A stretch of DNA of 61,013 nt from Hyphochytrium catenoides (taxonomy: Eukaryota; Protista; Hyphochytriomycota): the NCBI GenBank assembly GCA_900088475.1, contig FLMG01000982.1, positions 1 through 61,013 of the forward strand, read 5' to 3'. Below are positions 47,930-59,051 of this stretch, in pieces. Below the pieces are notes generated by a model, which saw only the letters and a list, made by a program, of their open reading frames with translations, made no database searches and was not told the origin of the DNA. A program made the position numbers and the translations under genes. Numbering within the stretch: position 1 is the first letter of the stretch; the number at the start of each line of letters is the position of its first letter.

Positions 47930-50900
47930 TCATCCTTTGCAAGGAAGATCTCTTCTTCCCTCAATACTGTCAAGTGTCGCCTGCAGGCCGTACATTTCAT
48001 AGGACTTCAATGCCCGTTTGAACCCTACTCCATACACCTACGTACGGAAGGAAGACCTAGATGAGCGATGACGAGATAAGGACAGGCCCGTACACGCAAT
48101 ATATCTTCTTGGACCATATAGGCATACGGAGAAGAGAATAAGAAGTTGCCACCAGATTGGTTACCGGTACTCTTCCTCCCCAAGTGCGGAAAAGAGTCAA
48201 AGCAAAATGTTTGTCGACAAGGACAATTCCAAAGTGCCATCAGTACTTCGAAAGCCCGGCCAAAAATGTATGAAATGTACGGGTTTCGATGTCCTGGATT
48301 ACCTCGCTCTTGTCCTCCTCAATCTCGTGCATATAGAATCGACGTAGAGAAGCTTCATCGACAGCTCTTTGTCGCTTCCCTCCTATCTGGGATGGAAGGT
48401 CTGGATCTCCTTTCAAAGCTGCGCGATGCTTGAGCCATAAATAAGCGATAAGCTGGCAAACTCCTTCCTCTACCTAAGTTTTCAAACGTGTTTAGAAGAG
48501 GGCATTCGGGCTTCTTCTTTGTTTTTTTCCCGTCCCTCCTTCTCGCCTTCTCTCCTGCTCGTTGACCTGGCGATCCTCTTCTTAGCTAGCCTCATCACAA
48601 CCTCCAACGTCACGAAGAAACACTTACGACCTCTGACGAATAGCGTTCCTTCATCGTATGAGGATAGGCTACATACCTGAGGCGGCAGTTCTGAATGCAT
48701 CCTCTGATTCTGCTTGACCCACGCGTGAGTCAGTTCATGGGCTAGCACAGACCCACACAGGTCATAAGGAAGGCTGTGAAGAACCAGGATGGCAGTAACT
48801 TCACGCATCTAAGGAGACAGGAGGCACATCACGTTATCAACAGATCGGACATTGTCTCATGCTGATATTGCTTTTGCTTCACGTGTCGCGTGAGGGGTAC
48901 TGTGCAAGTGCAAGTATTGCCAAACATGATATTGTGCACCTTTCCTCCTGCCTATTTGCATCCTCCTCCCTTAGCTTACGTAGAAGTAAGTGTGGGGTGC
49001 TAGAAGTTATATTGTCATATCCAAAGGGACGACGTCGCCGCCCACAACGGCTAGATTTACCTCGAAAGTTTGACTTTGTCCTATTGGAATAGGCCCCAGT
49101 CTCCTTGTATGTGTCGTTCGGATGGTCTATTGAGAGAGCTTGTCATTAAAACTGGACGGACTGATAGATAGTACCATATGAAGTAGGATGACGGGATGGA
49201 AGATAAGTGTGCTCAAACAAGGAAGAGGCAACGAATGGAGCTGGCTGACTGGTTGATGCACCTCTGTTAGGCAAATGCCCATTGTAGTGGGCCGATTGCT
49301 GCAGGACACGACGTGCTCGTTTAGGGTCGTATGGTCCACTAGACTGATCGGGAATCTCTGCAGGCATAGAGCACAGAAAAGCAGGGGTGGCCAATAGAAA
49401 GAACGAGAATTGGATTCATCATACGCCACGGTAAAGATTGACCGAAGAGCGAGGAGATCTAAATCCACGTGGGAGTAGACAGCGGGCGAGTAGTGGGAAC
49501 AGAAGACCAGAATAGACACATCTTTAAAGTGTTCGAGTAGCCACTGCCCGAGGATGTAGATGGAGGAAAGCATCAAGCGATGGTGATTGCACCACATTCT
49601 ACCTTGTCCAGCCTCATGTTGAGTGCGCTAAAGAACTCCATCACGTCGTTTATGACTGGTTGAGCCTAAAGGTAGGCACAGTAGTTCATCTTAGAATACT
49701 GCTTCTCACACGTCACAAGGATGTCGGAACACAGAAAGCCAGAAGAGAGCCGGGTACAACGTTCTGATCGTGGTGAAGAAAGACATACAGGGCAACAGTC
49801 TATCCATCGTTGAACGAAGCATGGGATGGGAGAGAGAGTGCGAGAGTGCTCGGTGAAAACAAATCAAGCAAGAAAGAAGGCAGAAGCAGATATTGCATGC
49901 CTACCTCCTTGGTGTCAAGTACAATGTTTAAGGAGCAATCATGGCAAATTGTCCTTCCGTCTGAAAGGGTCACTAGAAGCTCGTTCTGAGTCTATTAGCC
50001 AGTACACAGTTAGTGCGGGAAGACCCTGCTGTAAGGGAGCTATCATGATCTCCGTACAGCTGCAGCCGCTGCCATCCTCCTTTCTTCCACTCACACCAGC
50101 CGCTTTATGAATCCTGCCCATCGTGTCTACAGTCTTGCAATCTCCCAATAGGAGAGTTTTTTGTTCTTTCCAAATCACATCACTTGACACTCTTCACTCG
50201 CCGCGAGCTGCATCATAAGACTTGTCCTCAATGGCGTACCTCTAGGCGCTTGCAGCTAAGACAGTGCCGCAGGTTCTCATGAGATGGACAGACTTTGTAG
50301 TTCCAAAAGCCATTGTGCTAAACAACAAAAGGGATTGGTCAATGCGGAAGCAGAAAGCGCACGTTCCTTCCATCCATCCCTTTCTCGCCTGTACTCTGGC
50401 ACTCTACTCTTCGTCGGTCACTCCTCTTGTTCTTGACGCTTGGTTACACCAACCTTGAATATGCAGGCGCCATCCTGTCTCCTTGGTAGAGGCTGGTGGC
50501 ATACGTAACATCTGCGGGAAAGAGTGCCCAGGCTTAGTACACAGACAGCGAGCAATCAATCACATCAGAGACGAACAAACCAACGGGGAGGAGCGGGGAT
50601 CTGGGGACTACGATTCAGGCTCTAATCGTGATAGAATTGCAAATGATAAAGGGTGTGGGATGCCTTCTAGATGATGACGGATGTATGTCGTTAATCTCAA
50701 AGAAGGATTTTAGATCGTCTGAGAAGGGGCCAGGCCATACTAAGCGATCTGATACCTCTCAAAGAAGAGCTCTCTATAGCAAATAGGGTGATACATTTCC
50801 CCATCGTCTCCAAGCTGGAACTGACCACCACTAGAGTCGAAGGACCGATGACAACCAACACAGACAAAGCAGTGTGGATGAAAGACCTTCCCTATGGCAC

Positions 50901-51242
50901 TGACAGAGGAGAACCTGCATAAGAATAGTTTTATCAGCAAACCATGATACGAACCGTACTGGTGCATCTTCTCTGACAAATGTGAAGAACTGACCCTAAA
51001 GGCCGGTGGCATCTGTCACAGAAGCTGGAACCGGGGACGGCGGCTGGGACTGCTCGCCGCGCCATCTGAGGCTTGTTTGACCTTATGAAGTATCGTCTGA
51101 CTTCTAGCCTTGGTTATCTTCTACGCTTCTGTCTCCTATTCATCAAAGATAAGCATACAAGATGCAGAAGTTGCAAGGACGAATGCTCCCGAGCACTCTG
51201 ATCACGTTATCTACAGTCCAGAGATAAATGGATACCTGGCAT
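47930..51242 (-). CDS. DA1-like LIM-domain zinc metallopeptidase; about 11 exons
   Basis: LIM: CDRC...FHPHCFVCVGC...YHPIC. LIM-like: CYVC...FWNYKVCPSH...CLSCKRLE...DGRTICHDC. Peptidase: EVTAILVLHSLPYDLCGSVLAHELTHAW, VEEGVCQLIA, VYGVGFK. The start micro-exon is tentative. Confidence 0.88.
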
Positions 51243-52426
51243 TTCCCAGTCCGTCCCCTTAGACTTTTGTGCCCTTCTCGCACTTCCTGGCGTCGGACTT
51301 CACCGTCCTCTAGCAGTCAGAACCTCCCACATGAGTGAGCTTTGAACGCCCTTCCTCTACCAAGAACCTTCCCTTCACCAGCATGAGATCTCTATCTAGC
51401 GATGGTTACTTGGATGTCTGCGGGAGTCCTTTAATGATCACTGTTAACCAGAAGCCAAGGGAGCCACAAGGAAGGCGCCAGCGCGAAGCAAGAATCGAGT
51501 GCGCCTGCTCATGATGTTGGCGGGAGGACTATAAAAACACGAAAAGTCAGAAAGAGTCAGAATTCATCGACCTACGACTCCTGATCCTATACCGCCTATG
51601 AGTGACTCTAATCCTTTGACGTAGGGCAAGAGAAAACATCGTTATCTGAGGATAGTCCGGCCAGCAAAAAGTGAACGGCCCACTGTGCCACAAACCCTAA
51701 GCCTGGGCGCTTATTATCTTCGGTACTAGAACTCTAATAATAAATAACCATGAATGTCACCCCAACTGACAAGACTTTTCACAATGTACAGGCGCCTTGT
51801 GGAAATGGACGGGAAGTTGATGACGAGACGCAGACGTGGAGGACCCTTGGGTCTATCCCTTCAAGGGCTAGTATACTTCGCGCGCTGAGCCATCGAGAGC
51901 AGCCGATACGAACGACACCTAAAGTGGAGGCTTATCTAGTAGATAGGTAATACGAGTCATAGAGAGTGCTCTGGAGCCAAACAACTCGTTTCATTCAGAA
52001 GAGCAAGGTTGATAACAATCGAGGAGCAATCCTGCTCAGGTTTTCAAAGCCATAATGCGTGCATGAGCGTCTCCCGATTGCTACTGTTCTAGATGAAAGA
52101 GAGAGGACTCCTTCCGGACCGAGAGTGCTATAAAGTGCGCCAAGCCAAGGTCGCCACCAAAACGAGAACAGATAGGGAACAGCGTGCAAATGGACAGTGA
52201 TAGTAAATGCCTTTTTATATATGCAAATCAAGATTGAGGATGGGGGACGATGTGCATCGTCCAACCATCGGCAAGCCCCATCCTGTGATTGAGAGCCAAC
52301 CAATATGACAATCCTCCCTTGATGTGTTGGTCTACTCTTCCATAGAGATCCAGAGCCAAAAACTACGACCGATGGAAGACCAATGCCTCCACACATAGAT
52401 CACACGTGTTGGTCCGCCATGCCCCT

Positions 52427-53211
52427 CTATTCAGCTTTCTTGGTTCGATCCAGCTGTTGCCTCTTCACTTCAGCTTCCAGGTGCTTTTCGTGATCCTTGA
52501 GCTTGAGAACCTCCTTCTTCATGCTTTGAAGTCGGTAAAGGAACCAGTAGATCATGAACGTGAAGGTCGAGATCCAAAAATTTCTCTCCTGGCGCCATCT
52601 CTTGGCTTTGTTCTAAAATACCAGGGGGTAAGGCAATAGCTAAGAGGTGTATGAAGACTATAAGAGACACGTACAGTGATGTCAGTGAAAGCCGTATCTA
52701 CATGTGGGGACTTGTCCTTGTCCTGCTCTAGTTGCTTGGTGTAGAGCACGTAGAGGTCAGCTGCGGGAGAATAGAGAAAGGAGGGGTGAGCCATGAAAAT
52801 ATCTATACGTATGGAAGCCTGCTAACAAAAGGAACAAACGGCTTACATGCTGCATAGAAGAAGAGTCCGTATGTTATCACTGCGAAAAGCGACACCTGCC
52901 CAAGCTAGATGAACAGAGATGAGGAGCAAAGGTTAGTGTAACAATGGAGGGAAAGTACTACCTCACCTGCTTATAAATCAACTGGCCATCTCTGGAAGAC
53001 GACTCACCTTGATGCTCATAAGGAAGTCAACAAAGCGCAGCAGACCTCTGGACACACCACTTGGCAGTGGAAGAGTCAGCAGCAGCAGCCTATTGCAAAA
53101 TTCCAACCATTAGCCTCCAAGTAACACAATGACACTCAGTACACACGGCGCTTACAAGACTAGTGCCGGGGGTAGAAGCCCGTAAACAACGAAGGCCCAT
53201 GAGGTCATCAT
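52427..53211 (-). CDS. BAP29/BAP31-like ER membrane protein; 5 exons
   Basis: Three hydrophobic segments (LLLLLTLPLP...), KRWRQERNFWIS, a C-terminal coiled coil and a terminal KKAE* (KKXX ER-retrieval motif). Confidence 0.8.
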
Positions 53212-56200
53212 CTTTCCCAGGCTATCTTAAGGTGGAAGGAGCTGGTTTATCACTACTCTGATTGCTTGATGAGACTGGATCGTGCTAAGATGTCGGAGTC
53301 AAAGATCTTGTCCTGAAGATTGCCGCAAGCTCGGTAAGTTGAGAAATGGTTGAGAACATGCATGTCAGTCTCTAATGACAGCAAGATCAACACCAAGAAA
53401 GAACACGCGACCACGCTTATGATCGGAACAAAAGATACCGCCACCTGTATACAAAAGCTGGCCGAGCGCGAAGACGAGACAGAGCATGACTGCAACAAGA
53501 CAGAGCTAGTGGATATAGGTAGGGCTCGCCCAACCCCTGGGAAGATAGATATTGCGATCGTAAGTATGAGATATTTGACGTGGACTATCCTGGGAACAGT
53601 GCGACACAAACGGATCCGGTAACGCCGAATAATGCAGCTTTGAGAATCCTATTCTGCGAGCGTGGGCTCTGTCTGGAGTCTGGAGCATCATCCACACATA
53701 CCGGAATAACAATGAACATAACAAGGACGGCATCACCAAAGAAGATGTGCTACATTCATGATGATGAAGAACCTCCATGGGTTCCCACATCAGACATGGA
53801 AGGGAGGAAAGTCGACATGGTGTCAATGTAACAAGAATAAATTTGATCAGCAGCAGCATGACTCTTCTACTATTTTATCATTATATAAAAAAACATGTGG
53901 CAGGTTAATTATAGAAAGCATCGACACCATTCAACATCGAGTGATGGTTGTCACGTTCATATTTTGCTAAATAAAGAGTTCATGGTCCATGGAGTACATA
54001 TGTATGGAGCATATAATATATTATAGCACTAATATTTTGCTAAATAAAGAGTGGATCCGCTGTTCTTATCGGGCACTGGCCATTGCAATCAATAAGAAGG
54101 CAGTACCCTTTACCGGACCTCATAGCTATCGTCGCCTAACCTAAATCGCTTGTCTCCCTTTTTTAAACCATTAGTAGGTTATCTCTAATCATCATTCTCT
54201 CATCTTGCTTTGCCACGCTCTGGTACCGCCGCTTAGATGATGATGATGACGTACTAGTTACTAAGTCTCGTTAACAGTGCTAAGTGTAGAAGAAGAACGG
54301 TGGATATACCGAAACGATGGTGATGTAGTACCCTGCACGTTGGAACTGGTTACATTTCCCGTGGCCCTTGGCCTCCACTTGGGACTCTTGTTGGTGATGA
54401 TTATACAATAACCACTACGCAGTCAGTAAATTGGCCTTCGCTGATTATTAATGATAAAATATTCTGAAGATCCTGTCTATTACCGCTTCCACAACAGTCA
54501 CCCTACGACTTTGTGAGTGCTGGTCCCGGCCTCGATATGGCAAAGCATTATGTAGAAGAACTGCTTCTGGAAGTGAGCACCACTCGAGGCTGCACTTCTA
54601 GTAGCATAAAACCTGCATCTGATCGTTTCAAGGAGCTCGAGAGGTTATTCTTATTGTGGACTCTGCTGTCCGTTAGAGCTGATAGTAGTTATGTAACGTG
54701 ACTTCCTCCTGCTGTCTCGCTCAACGCCGTTGCTCTAAGCCTCGAACGATTAGAGATGGAGAAAAGATAGGAAGATAAAACCTCCTTCGTCGCGTTAGCC
54801 TGGCAGGGATTGACATCACTTCAGGTGTGAGATGCATCCTCACCTTCATTGTCGTACACGACCTAGCTATGAATAGGGAGCTCTCGCGACTCGCCAGCAA
54901 AGAGAAGTCCCTATCAAGATAAGTCAGACTCCTTCAAGAGTCCTCCTCATCAGTATCAAGTGAATACCACCACATTCTTCAATTGCTGGTCAAGAATCAC
55001 TCCCTTCTCGCTGATGCACAACTAGGTGGATTGAAAGTGTATATACATTTCCCGTTGTTGCAGATATTTCCATGTTGTCTCCCTCCAAGGACTTGATGTG
55101 AACAGTCGAAAGTGCTCATGTGACCGAGCGTGATGCATTAGCACATCATCATCTTCACGTAACGCCCGCCGCTAATAACTCCTGGAACATCAACTGGACT
55201 TGTTCAGCAGAAGCTTCCCTACCCAGCAGTAGGGTGGCAAACTCACACAACTCACGCATAGAACGGCCAGGACAGGACTAGGACTACTGTCTCTTGGATA
55301 GCCCCCAACTTCTTCTTGATCATCATTAGTTACACTGCGTACTTGTAGAACTACAATAGACCATCTCCATCTCCAACAATGCCTTATAAATTACCTGGTA
55401 GGCAACCACTGGGTCTGAGAGCATTTCACTTGCCGCTGTGGAACACAATGAAACTCCTAGCCTCAACACTTCCATTGCAAATCTCAATCTTTGGGCTTTC
55501 TGGCAGCATGCGCTGACCGCGCAAGTTTAGAACGACCAGGCTCTATTGCCACTACTTGCCACCTCTATTATTACCTCTGAGATGCAGTTCAGGTCTTTCA
55601 CTTTTAACCTGGTCCTGCTTTCACCCACAGCAGCCTTCTAAACCCTCATAGTAAAAGGAACAGACCTTTTCTTCAGCCTCTTGGAATGTGGGAAAGAAAA
55701 TGTGCGTCCCAGCTTCTTGGCTATCATCATCTCAGGATAGCTCTCAGGATGCTTCCTACCTCCTTGGGAGAGCCAGTCCTTTTCTGCCTCTTGATACTTT
55801 CACAGCTGAAGACTATCCACTGAAATCTTTCCCAAGCCACCGAGAGCAGCGGCTGCGGGAGAAGAAAGAAAGAGGAAACTTTCATCGTGAAGGTTTACAC
55901 AAAAGTGCCTGTCTATGGAGCTTGTACAAGTTGTACAAGGGGCGGGACAATTCCACCAGTTCTATCGCTCATGACTTTTTGATCCTGAACTGACTCTTTT
56001 ACTACTCCTAGTTTCTTCTACTTCAGGCCTTGTCTGCATGCAATGCCCGACCCAGCCCTGCTCTAATCTAGAATGAGAGAAGGGTGTTTCATCTTCTGAC
56101 TCTTAATCTACCGATACTAAAGGAATGTTCCCGAATCCTAGTAGTGATTGGAATCGAAGTAGAAATGCTGATATCTTTTATTTACTGGCATCGTTTGTGA

Positions 56201-57000
56201 ATTCAATCTGTGTTTCATCCGGTTCTAGAGTGAGACCCAAGAATAACCGGATGGCTGTCTGCCAATGTAATCCTGAGAAGTGCCGTTGTTCTTAGGCTAC
56301 GCAAGATAGGAAAATAGATTGGCCAATAAGAGGACGGGGCTAAGCTGAAGCCTGCGTACTCACCCTTATAAGTGCACTAATTCGAGTGTAGTAATATCCG
56401 CGTAACGGATAACTCAATAGACTCAGAACACCCTGTATCCCTTTCTGGCATAGTAATACTCAGGGGGTGAGATCTGAGATAGCCCAGGCCAACTCATCTT
56501 TCCTTGGCGACAGGGCAAGGTCGGACGTTTCTGATGCTGGAGCTTCGCTTCCGTCGAACTCTGGCACCACAGGGCCAGAGACCCAGACCCTGAGAGCCTG
56601 TGGATGGGTCTTAGAGCAACCCTGTTAGATCACAGTGGAGGCCTCCATTGAAAGGAGACGGGTCGCTCTAGAGCCGAATATGAACCTCTCGAAACTATCT
56701 ATGTTCAGAGCTGGTCGGTGCTGGTGTCATCAGCTTATTATTCGTTAGAAGAAAAGCTGGACCCAGCTTCGATGGCACTTAGCCTCTTTCCCGCTCCATC
56801 CTCCATCCAGGACAGCGCCACTTACCGCAGACGCTGTCCTGCTTCCCAATCTCCTTTCACTTTCACAGCTGACAATACTATTGCAGACAGGCTTAGAGTT
56901 AGATTAGATTGCTCAAGGTGATGTTTTAGGGCGGCTGGCGGTATTCCAGACTCCAGCAGTTAAAGATCATCGGGGAGCCGCTACGCCGCAATATTGCAAG

Positions 57001-58605
57001 ATGGCTCTAACGCAGGCGTGTCTAGCTGCAGTATGGGTCCTGCTCTTGACTACATCGAAATGCTCGGCGGTGGAGACGCTGATAATGACCTACAACCTTA
57101 GAACGCCCGTCGACAAGGGAGACAGGGACTGGAACGTAAGAAGACCGAACGTCGCAGAGATTATCAGGAAGTACAAACCTGACATTATCGGCACCCAGGA
57201 AGCTCATAAGTTCATGATTGATCAGCTCGTTGGTGATTTAGGCAATGCAGTCCCCTACGCCGTTGTTGGTAGAGGACGAGAAGCTGGCGGCGGTGGGGAA
57301 ACCTCCTCCATTCTCTATAACAAAAACGTCTGGCACCAGTCAGGAGACTCTGGCACGTTCTGGCTCTCAAACAGCCCTGATGCCGAGGGCTCTAAGCTAG
57401 GCAACTTCAACTGGCCACGTATCTGCACTTACGCTAGGTTGTGCCTCAACAGCAATTCGGAGCAGTGCATCTGGTTCTTCAACACGCACTTTGACTTTCA
57501 AGGGCTGTTTGAAAAACAAGCTCAGATCATCGTGAACCACAAAATGAAGGGCAAGTCTGAGCCTATGTTCCTGACAGGAGATCTCAATGTCCCTGATACT
57601 GTCAATGGAAACGAAGCCTTAAGCGTCTTCTCACAAGTAGGCTTAGCGGATACCTTCCGGGCAGTACATCCTGACAAGGTTATGGGCAGCTTCAACAACT
57701 TTGCTGGCCTTGGAGCAACAAAGTTTGACTATGTTCTGGCTTCTCGAAGGGATGACCTCGTTGTCAAATCGGCCCAGGTTGCTAGCGATCAGCCTGGTGG
57801 CAAGTTTCCTTCCGATCATTGTCCTGTCCTCGCCACAGTCTGCCTGTTTTGCAATCCTCCTGCCCCTACTACCCTCCCTCCTCAAGCTCCCACACCAGCT
57901 CCTATTAGCGCTGAGACAGAAGCTCCGCCCATGACAGCAGGGGCGGTACAAGTTCCTGCCTCATACCTTCCTGAGAACTCCTCAAGTCCGGAAACAGTCG
58001 TCCCCGAGATTGCAGGGGGCCCGATCGCGAGCGAAACTTCACCAGAAGCGACCCCATCTCCTGGATCGGAGCTCCAAGGGCTAATCTCTGAAGCTCAGGG
58101 GGCTTCTGCCGTGGGGATCTCAGGAAATGTCGAGGCCGACAGTAACGATCAAGGCACTAACATTGTTATGGTTGTGTTCGGCATTGCTGGCGTTCTAACG
58201 CTGGTCGTCGTTGGTGGGCTCTACACCTATCGGAAGAGACAACAGGCTAGAGAACGTAGTTCCTCCGCTACCGGCCTGCTCAGCCCTCCCTTCGCTGTCG
58301 GTGGGAGTCGACGGGTGTGGTGGGCTAAGGCCACGAACGTAACACCGACGCCAACCCAGCCACTTGCCGGAACGGTCCAAGGGAGTGACCATATGGCTCT
58401 GGAGATCCACGATGGCCGTCAAAGCTCCCGCACCGAGGTCCGTGACAGCTATGAGGCGGTGATCACTCCCGTCAACACCGACATCCGGACCTTTTCTCTC
58501 TCTGATAGAGCTCCGTTGCCTTCCATCCTAAAGAAGGACATGGCTTCTTTCGATTCTCCTAGAGAAGAAAGTGATGAGAGTGGCGTTGTTCGAGGAGTGA
58601 TGTAA
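57001..58605 (+). CDS. Intronless type I membrane protein with extracellular endonuclease/exonuclease/phosphatase (EEP) domain
   Basis: Signal peptide; EEP motifs MTYNLR, PDIIGTQE, GTFWLS, PRICT, FNTHFD, LTGDLN, FDYV, PSDHCPV; Pro/Thr/Ser stalk; TM IVMVVFGIAGVLTLVVVGGLYTY followed by RKR; cytosolic tail. Confidence 0.88.
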   Translation: MALTQACLAAVWVLLLTTSKCSAVETLIMTYNLRTPVDKGDRDWNVRRPNVAEIIRKYKPDIIGTQEAHKFMIDQLVGDLGNAVPYAVVGRGREAGGGGETSSILYNKNVWHQSGDSGTFWLSNSPDAEGSKLGNFNWPRICTYARLCLNSNSEQCIWFFNTHFDFQGLFEKQAQIIVNHKMKGKSEPMFLTGDLNVPDTVNGNEALSVFSQVGLADTFRAVHPDKVMGSFNNFAGLGATKFDYVLASRRDDLVVKSAQVASDQPGGKFPSDHCPVLATVCLFCNPPAPTTLPPQAPTPAPISAETEAPPMTAGAVQVPASYLPENSSSPETVVPEIAGGPIASETSPEATPSPGSELQGLISEAQGASAVGISGNVEADSNDQGTNIVMVVFGIAGVLTLVVVGGLYTYRKRQQARERSSSATGLLSPPFAVGGSRRVWWAKATNVTPTPTQPLAGTVQGSDHMALEIHDGRQSSRTEVRDSYEAVITPVNTDIRTFSLSDRAPLPSILKKDMASFDSPREESDESGVVRGVM

Positions 58606-58860
58606 AGGTGCCTCCCATTGTAGCTTTACAAAGTCAATATTTATTTTTTCAGTGCATTGTCTCCTCTTCCATAGATTAAGACGGTCACTGTGCAGTGCGT
58701 TCAACCTCATCGTAGGTAGGCAGCGACAGTTCTATTCAAAGCCTAAAGCAGTCCTGTGTAATTTTCCTAGTAACTGTTATAAAGGTGTCGCTTTTCCTAA
58801 GCTTTCTCTTCGGGATCCTAATAGCAAGGGCTTTACTAGTCCTATATGTAGATGACTACT

Positions 58861-58962
58861 ATGCATAAACAGTCTTGTCCTCTAGATGTTACAATGCATA
58901 AACAGTCTTTCTCCTCTAAAGTTAGATGTTACAATGCATAAACAGTTTTTCTCCTCTAAAGT
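58861..58962. repeat. Three tandem 33-40 bp repeats between two convergent 3' ends
   Basis: ATGCATAAACAGT(C/T)TT...TCCTCTA occurs three times; the copies are joined by TAGATGTTACA. Confidence 0.88.
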
Positions 58963-59051
58963 AGGGGTCAGTTGAGGACTCGACATGCCAAGGGCACTCA
59001 GAAGATACAGCATAGTCAAGGAAGAACTATTTTTTAGTTTATATAGTACAT

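Noticed and set aside
51226-51235. GTATCCAT donor of the putative first DA1 intron as U12-type
   Set aside because: It mismatches the consensus at +7, and no CCTTRAC-like branch site lies near the acceptor.
51692-51700. AAACCCTAA telo-box-like motif upstream of the DA1-like gene
   Set aside because: A single 9-mer is not distinguishable from chance.
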